Source: an uncultured virus (IMG/VR IMGVR_UViG_3300020204_003072) (lineage: Duplodnaviria; Heunggongvirae; Uroviricota; Caudoviricetes). Taken from it: a DNA stretch of 64,000 nucleotides. Position 1 is the stretch's first letter, and the number at the start of each line of letters is the position of its first letter. Both the position numbers and the translations under genes were made by a program. The notes under the pieces were generated by a model. That model did not search any database. It saw only the letters and a program-made list of their open reading frames with translations, and was not told where the DNA came from. Positions 59,699 to 64,000 of this stretch are shown here, piece by piece. The DNA lies in the IMG/VR virus record IMGVR_UViG_3300020204_003072, positions 62,001 to 126,000 of that record; one strand, 5' to 3'.

Positions 59699-60825
59699 AT
59701 TACATAAATTTGTCTTGGCATAGCTCTAAACTTGAGCTGTTTATTTAAGTTTTCTGCAAGTAATGCTTCACGTTCCATAACCTTTTCTGGTTTTAAACGA
59801 GTAAGTCTTCCTTCAGCACCTATAAGTTCGTCAATAAGTTTTGTTTTTTCATCTTTGGCTTCGGTCGCCAGTGATGTATAATCCAAAGTTAAATCACCAC
59901 CTTCGCCAGTTTTTAAATTACCACTAAACTTACCACGAACTCTTGATAGTGTTTCTTTACAATATGCAATAAACCATCTTCTAACCCAAACTTGTGCTGG
60001 ATTATTTAAATCAAACCAACTCATTTTATCAAATGGAACATCAGATGGTAATTTTATTATATCTGGATTATTTGCTAAACATTTATCCCTTTCACCAGGA
60101 CCAACATCATAATACCAATACCAAACTCTACCTTTTGTTAAACTAGCATTACCCCAGTCAAATTTACCACCAGGTGTATTTAATAAATGAATTGCTTTTT
60201 TACCGTCTGGTAATGCGGTAATTCTGTATGTTAAATCCCCAACTATAATTCTTCTTTGTATATTAATTTCTTGCATTCTTAATAACATATCAAAAGCAGG
60301 CATCATAAAATAACTACCACCCATACTACCCATTTGTGCAAGACCACCTCCACCACCTAAACCACCACCTAAACCTAGGGCTCCGAAAGACCAAGGATCA
60401 AACATAGTATTATTTAGCGTTGCTGGTGTGAACCAAAGTAGTTCGTTTATTTCTCTATTTGTTGGTATTTCATAGATTTGTTGTTCTGGTACCAACTGTA
60501 TGTAGTCTTTCTTCAATTCCCATTCACCACCAGCTTGAAGTCCAACAATTTTCGAATAGGCATATGTGTATCTTGTTTCATAGTCCAAACTTCTTGTTGT
60601 GAAAGCTTTTGCCAATGATTGAGTATCCAAATTGAGATTATAAAGTGCTGTCCATTGAGACTCAATTAACCAATCCTGAACATATTGTGAATATTCATCA
60701 ATTGAAAATTCAAGTAAAGTGTCCATTTGTTCATCTTCCAATTCGACACTTCTTAATGGAGCACCAAGTAAATGTCTTACTTTGGTATATAACTTACTTC
60801 TTTCTGGTTCGTCAATAATTGCCAT
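59695..60825 (-). CDS. Neck/head-tail adaptor (T4 gp13-like)
   Basis: LLGAPLRSVELEDEQ; WVRRW..A..KE.L..VRGKF. Confidence 0.8.
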   Translation of the reverse strand: MAIIDEPERSKLYTKVRHLLGAPLRSVELEDEQMDTLLEFSIDEYSQYVQDWLIESQWTALYNLNLDTQSLAKAFTTRSLDYETRYTYAYSKIVGLQAGGEWELKKDYIQLVPEQQIYEIPTNREINELLWFTPATLNNTMFDPWSFGALGLGGGLGGGGGLAQMGSMGGSYFMMPAFDMLLRMQEINIQRRIIVGDLTYRITALPDGKKAIHLLNTPGGKFDWGNASLTKGRVWYWYYDVGPGERDKCLANNPDIIKLPSDVPFDKMSWFDLNNPAQVWVRRWFIAYCKETLSRVRGKFSGNLKTGEGGDLTLDYTSLATEAKDEKTKLIDELIGAEGRLTRLKPEKVMEREALLAENLNKQLKFRAMPRQIYVI

Positions 60826-60855
60826 TGTGATTTTTTATATAAATATCACAATAAA

Positions 60856-62949
60856 TTATTTTAGTATCCTTCTGATGTCAAACTTAAATCTTTCATTTCT
60901 TGAAAGGTTCCTAATAATGTCTTGTGGAATATTATCACCTAATTTACCAACACCATATCTTTGACCTAAACTATTGAATATATCTAAAACTTCTTTTGTT
61001 TTTTCATCACCCAATAAAAATTCTGAATATTCCTGTGTTGATATTTCTGGAAACTTAATTACACCTCTTTGCGGTGATACTTCAGAACCTATTAATTTTA
61101 ATATCTTTGTTGAAAATCTAATTTGTTGTGAATTTTTAGACTTTGGAGCTGTGGTCATACCAGGTAATTTAAGAATGTTTTTAAGAGCATTCTTATCATA
61201 ATAATATAATGATATTTCATAATTGTCTTTTGGAACACCTAATAACATACCATCAATATCACTTAATAAATAACCTATTAAATCTTCAGCAACATTAATA
61301 ATATCTTGGTTTCGACTATTAATTAAATGTGCAATAAAATTAGATTCACCTTCAATTGATTGTAAATATTTTTTATTTTCTTCACTACCGGTATATGAAT
61401 TAATATAATCAGAAAGTGATGCTTTGATTCCTTTCAAAACGGGTGATTCACTTGTGTTTCTTACAATCTTACAAGAAATTTTTAACCCATCTGGTGTTAT
61501 TAAATCATAAGGGGTGTTTAACCCAGATGAAATTTGACCACCAAGTAAACCAGAAACTAAAGCTTCAAAATCTAAACCTCTTGACCTACTTCTAATAAAT
61601 CTTTGATAATAGTTATTAAATCTAAATCTTGTTCTTTCTGAAGTTTCAGATAAATCTAAATTCATAAGACCTTCGATTGTTCTATTAAATTTTAAACCAC
61701 GTTCATCAATTTCAGTTGTTATAATATTATTTATTGCAACTTCAGCAGCTTCAGCATCCAAAGGTATTAATCTAATTTTTTGTAATTCTCTATTCATAGC
61801 TTTTTTAACATCCGGCTCAAATTCTTCACTTTCCAATAGAATTCTTAAATAAGTTTCGTTTAATTTTTTCTTAGATTTACCAACATAAAGTTCATTAACA
61901 AATTCCCAATTTATATGATTCCAGAATTTTTTAATATATTTGTCTCTTTTATTTCTATATCTTAAATAATAAGCGTGCTCCCAAACATCAAGACCTAGTA
62001 ATGGATATCCACCGTCTTTAATAATATTCATAAGTGGGTTATCTTGATTTGGTGTTGACATAATTTTTAACCTATTTGTTTTTGTTAAAACAAGCCAAAC
62101 CCAACCAGAACCAAATCTTTCTTTTGCAACATCATTAAACTCATCTTTCATCTTTTTGATATTACCATATTGTTTGGTAATTTTTTCAAAAATTTCACCT
62201 TTTGGTATTTGTTTTTTTGGTGATAACATTTTCCAAAATAATGCGTGATTAAATGCGCCACCAGCATTATTTCTAACCTTTGTATCGTACTTACTTATTG
62301 ATTTTATAATATCTTCTAAATCAACATCTTTATAGTTCTTTTTAGAAAGAGCGTCGTTTAATTTTTTAACATACCCTTTATAATGTTTGTTATAATGTAT
62401 GTCCATAGTTTCTGGATCAACAAATTGTTTTAAAGCGGAATATGAGTACGGTAATTTTTCAATACCAATTTTTTTCATTTCCAAAATAAATTCTTCTCTA
62501 ATAGTTTGTTTTTCTGTTATTAAAATACTTTCTTTTAAAAGATTTATCTTTTTATTTATACCTTCATACATCATTTCTTCTTTATCTGGAAAATTTTTTT
62601 CAAATTTTTTTAACAAAGAACCAGCTTCAGCATTTGCTTCATCTTCCAGTGGGCCACCAATGTCTTGTTTTGGTTTTTTACCCTTTATATTAATTTGCCA
62701 TTCGTGTACCCATTCGTGTGCCAAAGTTCTGAAAATATCTCTATTCATCCTTCCTTTAGTTAATATTTTTAATTCAGAATCTTGTGTTCTACTTCCAGAT
62801 GTCATAGTACCAAATCTTTCACCGGTAAAAATAATTGTAATATCTTCTTTTAATGGATATTTTTTTTGTAAAAACTTTATAAAGTCATTAGCCAAGTCCC
62901 TATCTTTTTGAGACATATCACATTTATGGTGCTTTACTTTTATTCGCAT
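60856..62949 (-). CDS. Fusion: zincin-like domain, Mn/Fe superoxide dismutase, nuclease-like domain
   Basis: AHEWVH; LPYSYSAL..H..KH..Y, NNAGGAFNH, FGSGWVWL, NQD, DVWEHAYY; C-terminal FE...PYDL...ISCK. Confidence 0.85.
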   Translation of the reverse strand: MRIKVKHHKCDMSQKDRDLANDFIKFLQKKYPLKEDITIIFTGERFGTMTSGSRTQDSELKILTKGRMNRDIFRTLAHEWVHEWQINIKGKKPKQDIGGPLEDEANAEAGSLLKKFEKNFPDKEEMMYEGINKKINLLKESILITEKQTIREEFILEMKKIGIEKLPYSYSALKQFVDPETMDIHYNKHYKGYVKKLNDALSKKNYKDVDLEDIIKSISKYDTKVRNNAGGAFNHALFWKMLSPKKQIPKGEIFEKITKQYGNIKKMKDEFNDVAKERFGSGWVWLVLTKTNRLKIMSTPNQDNPLMNIIKDGGYPLLGLDVWEHAYYLRYRNKRDKYIKKFWNHINWEFVNELYVGKSKKKLNETYLRILLESEEFEPDVKKAMNRELQKIRLIPLDAEAAEVAINNIITTEIDERGLKFNRTIEGLMNLDLSETSERTRFRFNNYYQRFIRSRSRGLDFEALVSGLLGGQISSGLNTPYDLITPDGLKISCKIVRNTSESPVLKGIKASLSDYINSYTGSEENKKYLQSIEGESNFIAHLINSRNQDIINVAEDLIGYLLSDIDGMLLGVPKDNYEISLYYYDKNALKNILKLPGMTTAPKSKNSQQIRFSTKILKLIGSEVSPQRGVIKFPEISTQEYSEFLLGDEKTKEVLDIFNSLGQRYGVGKLGDNIPQDIIRNLSRNERFKFDIRRILK

Positions 62950-62972
62950 ATGATATAAATATAATTTAAAAC

Positions 62973-62999
62973 AAAAAACCCCACTTTTAAGGTGGGGTT
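62973..62999 (-). terminator. Intrinsic terminator
   Basis: AACCCCAC...GTGGGGTT with a T-tract on the minus strand. Confidence 0.8.
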
Positions 63000-63017
63000 A
63001 TGTGAATTAATAAATGA

Positions 63018-63350
63018 TTAATATCCTCTATATTTTTTTCTTCTACTTTCCGTAACATTTGGTAAATTCATTGATGTTGTCTGAAGTGGTGTTTTAGTTA
63101 CATCTGCAATTTCTTGGAATGTTGGAAAAAACTCTTTAACAAAAGTGTTAAACGGTAGTTTATCCATAGCTGAAGATAAACAAGCCGCAGAATTAAAAGT
63201 TTCACTATTTGTACTACATTCCGGAATATCTGAAACACCCTCAATTTCTCCAAGTTTACCAACAGAACTTAAGTTCATTTCTTCTTCATTTATAACTCGT
63301 CTGACAATACGAGCAAAATCTGAATCTGTTAATCTTATTACTTTTTTCAT
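63018..63350 (-). CDS. Putative internal head protein
   Basis: N-terminal MKKVIRLTDSDFARIVRRVINEE motif. Confidence 0.7.
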   Translation of the reverse strand: MKKVIRLTDSDFARIVRRVINEEEMNLSSVGKLGEIEGVSDIPECSTNSETFNSAACLSSAMDKLPFNTFVKEFFPTFQEIADVTKTPLQTTSMNLPNVTESRRKKYRGY

Positions 63351-63388
63351 AATATTTTTATTTAATAAATATATAAAATAAAATGAAA

Positions 63389-64000
63389 TTATCTTTTTTT
63401 ATTTATTAAATTTAAAATTTCTTCAACAACGTCACCAGATTCTTGCAGTTCATCACCCATAACGGTACCAATTACTTTTTTCTTTTTATTTAGTATATCG
63501 TAAATCACGCCTTCGATTGTGTTTTCAAAAATTGGGTAATAAACTAACACATTATTTTTTTGACCATAACGATAAGCCCTATCTTCAGCTTGTGCGTGTT
63601 CTGCTGGAACAAAAGATAAATCATTCATAATTACAACTTCGGCCGCTGTTAGAGTAAGACCAACACCTGCTGCTTTCAAATTACCAACAAAAACTTTAAT
63701 CTTTTCATTTTCCTGAAATTGGTCAACAGCATACTGTCTTTGTACTTTATTACAACTACCATCTAGATATACCGATTCTTTACCAAAGTGATTATGAATT
63801 AGTTGTAGTGTGTCTGTAAAGTTTGTAAATATAATTAATTTTTTTCCTTGGTCTATAATGTTTTGTGCGAACTCAATTGTATCTTTTACTTTTTCATTTG
63901 CAATTACTTTTCTTACTTTCATAAGTTTTGAAAACTGAACTGTAAGGGATGAAGATTCATCAGTTTTATTCTTTAGCCAATGATAATACTCACCCATTAA
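63389..64000 (-). CDS. SNF2-family helicase, C-terminal part (truncated by the window edge)
   Basis: LIIFTNF, LDGS, AAGVGLTLTAA and QAEDRAYRYGQ motifs. Confidence 0.9.
   Translation of the reverse strand, partial: LMGEYYHWLKNKTDESSSLTVQFSKLMKVRKVIANEKVKDTIEFAQNIIDQGKKLIIFTNFTDTLQLIHNHFGKESVYLDGSCNKVQRQYAVDQFQENEKIKVFVGNLKAAGVGLTLTAAEVVIMNDLSFVPAEHAQAEDRAYRYGQKNNVLVYYPIFENTIEGVIYDILNKKKKVIGTVMGDELQESGDVVEEILNLINKKR

Noticed and set aside
2934..62911. Antisense and overlapping ORFs in the track (e.g. 2934-3530, 7338-7988, 33927-34391, 62399-62911)
   Set aside because: Shadow frames of strongly codon-biased real genes, with no recognisable motifs.
1..64000. Genome-wide stop-codon reassignment
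   Set aside because: Long genes are intact in the standard code, and TGA, TAG and TAA all terminate well-defined genes.
1..64000. tRNA, rRNA or tmRNA genes
   Set aside because: Intergenic gaps are short and AT-rich; no cloverleaf or T-loop signature was seen by eye.

Overview
A 64 kb AT-rich, gene-dense piece of a large T4-like (myovirus-type) phage genome in standard genetic code. The host is most likely Bacteroidota: TAnnTTTG promoters, A-rich leaders without Shine-Dalgarno sequences, a Bacteroidota-like bS21 and a Q-rule signal peptide all point that way. Left to right: ribosomal protein bS21 beside the head module (gp21 protease, scaffold, gp23 capsid); a free-standing HNH endonuclease; virion/baseplate genes and a gp55-like sigma factor; a roughly 14 kb glycan cluster (Gmd, Fcl, GT10, GT11, GT2/GT4/GT7-like, four FkbM, plus PhoH, dUTPase and an exonuclease); a second homing endonuclease; a lectin-like protein fused to a papain domain; three repeat-rich fibre proteins flanking a second modification cluster (GT8, TibC-like GT, sulfotransferase, APS kinase, GT60, HtrL); family B DNA polymerase; gp13 neck protein; a zincin-SOD-nuclease-like fusion; and a partial SNF2 helicase. 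Top observation: the glycosyltransferase overlapping the second homing endonuclease has an in-frame GGC-TGA-GGT at the top of a 13-bp hairpin. This suggests a minimal 6-nt ribosomal bypass coupled to a homing endonuclease, analogous to the T4 mobA/gene 60 cassette. Family assignments come from motif recognition by eye; no searches were run.
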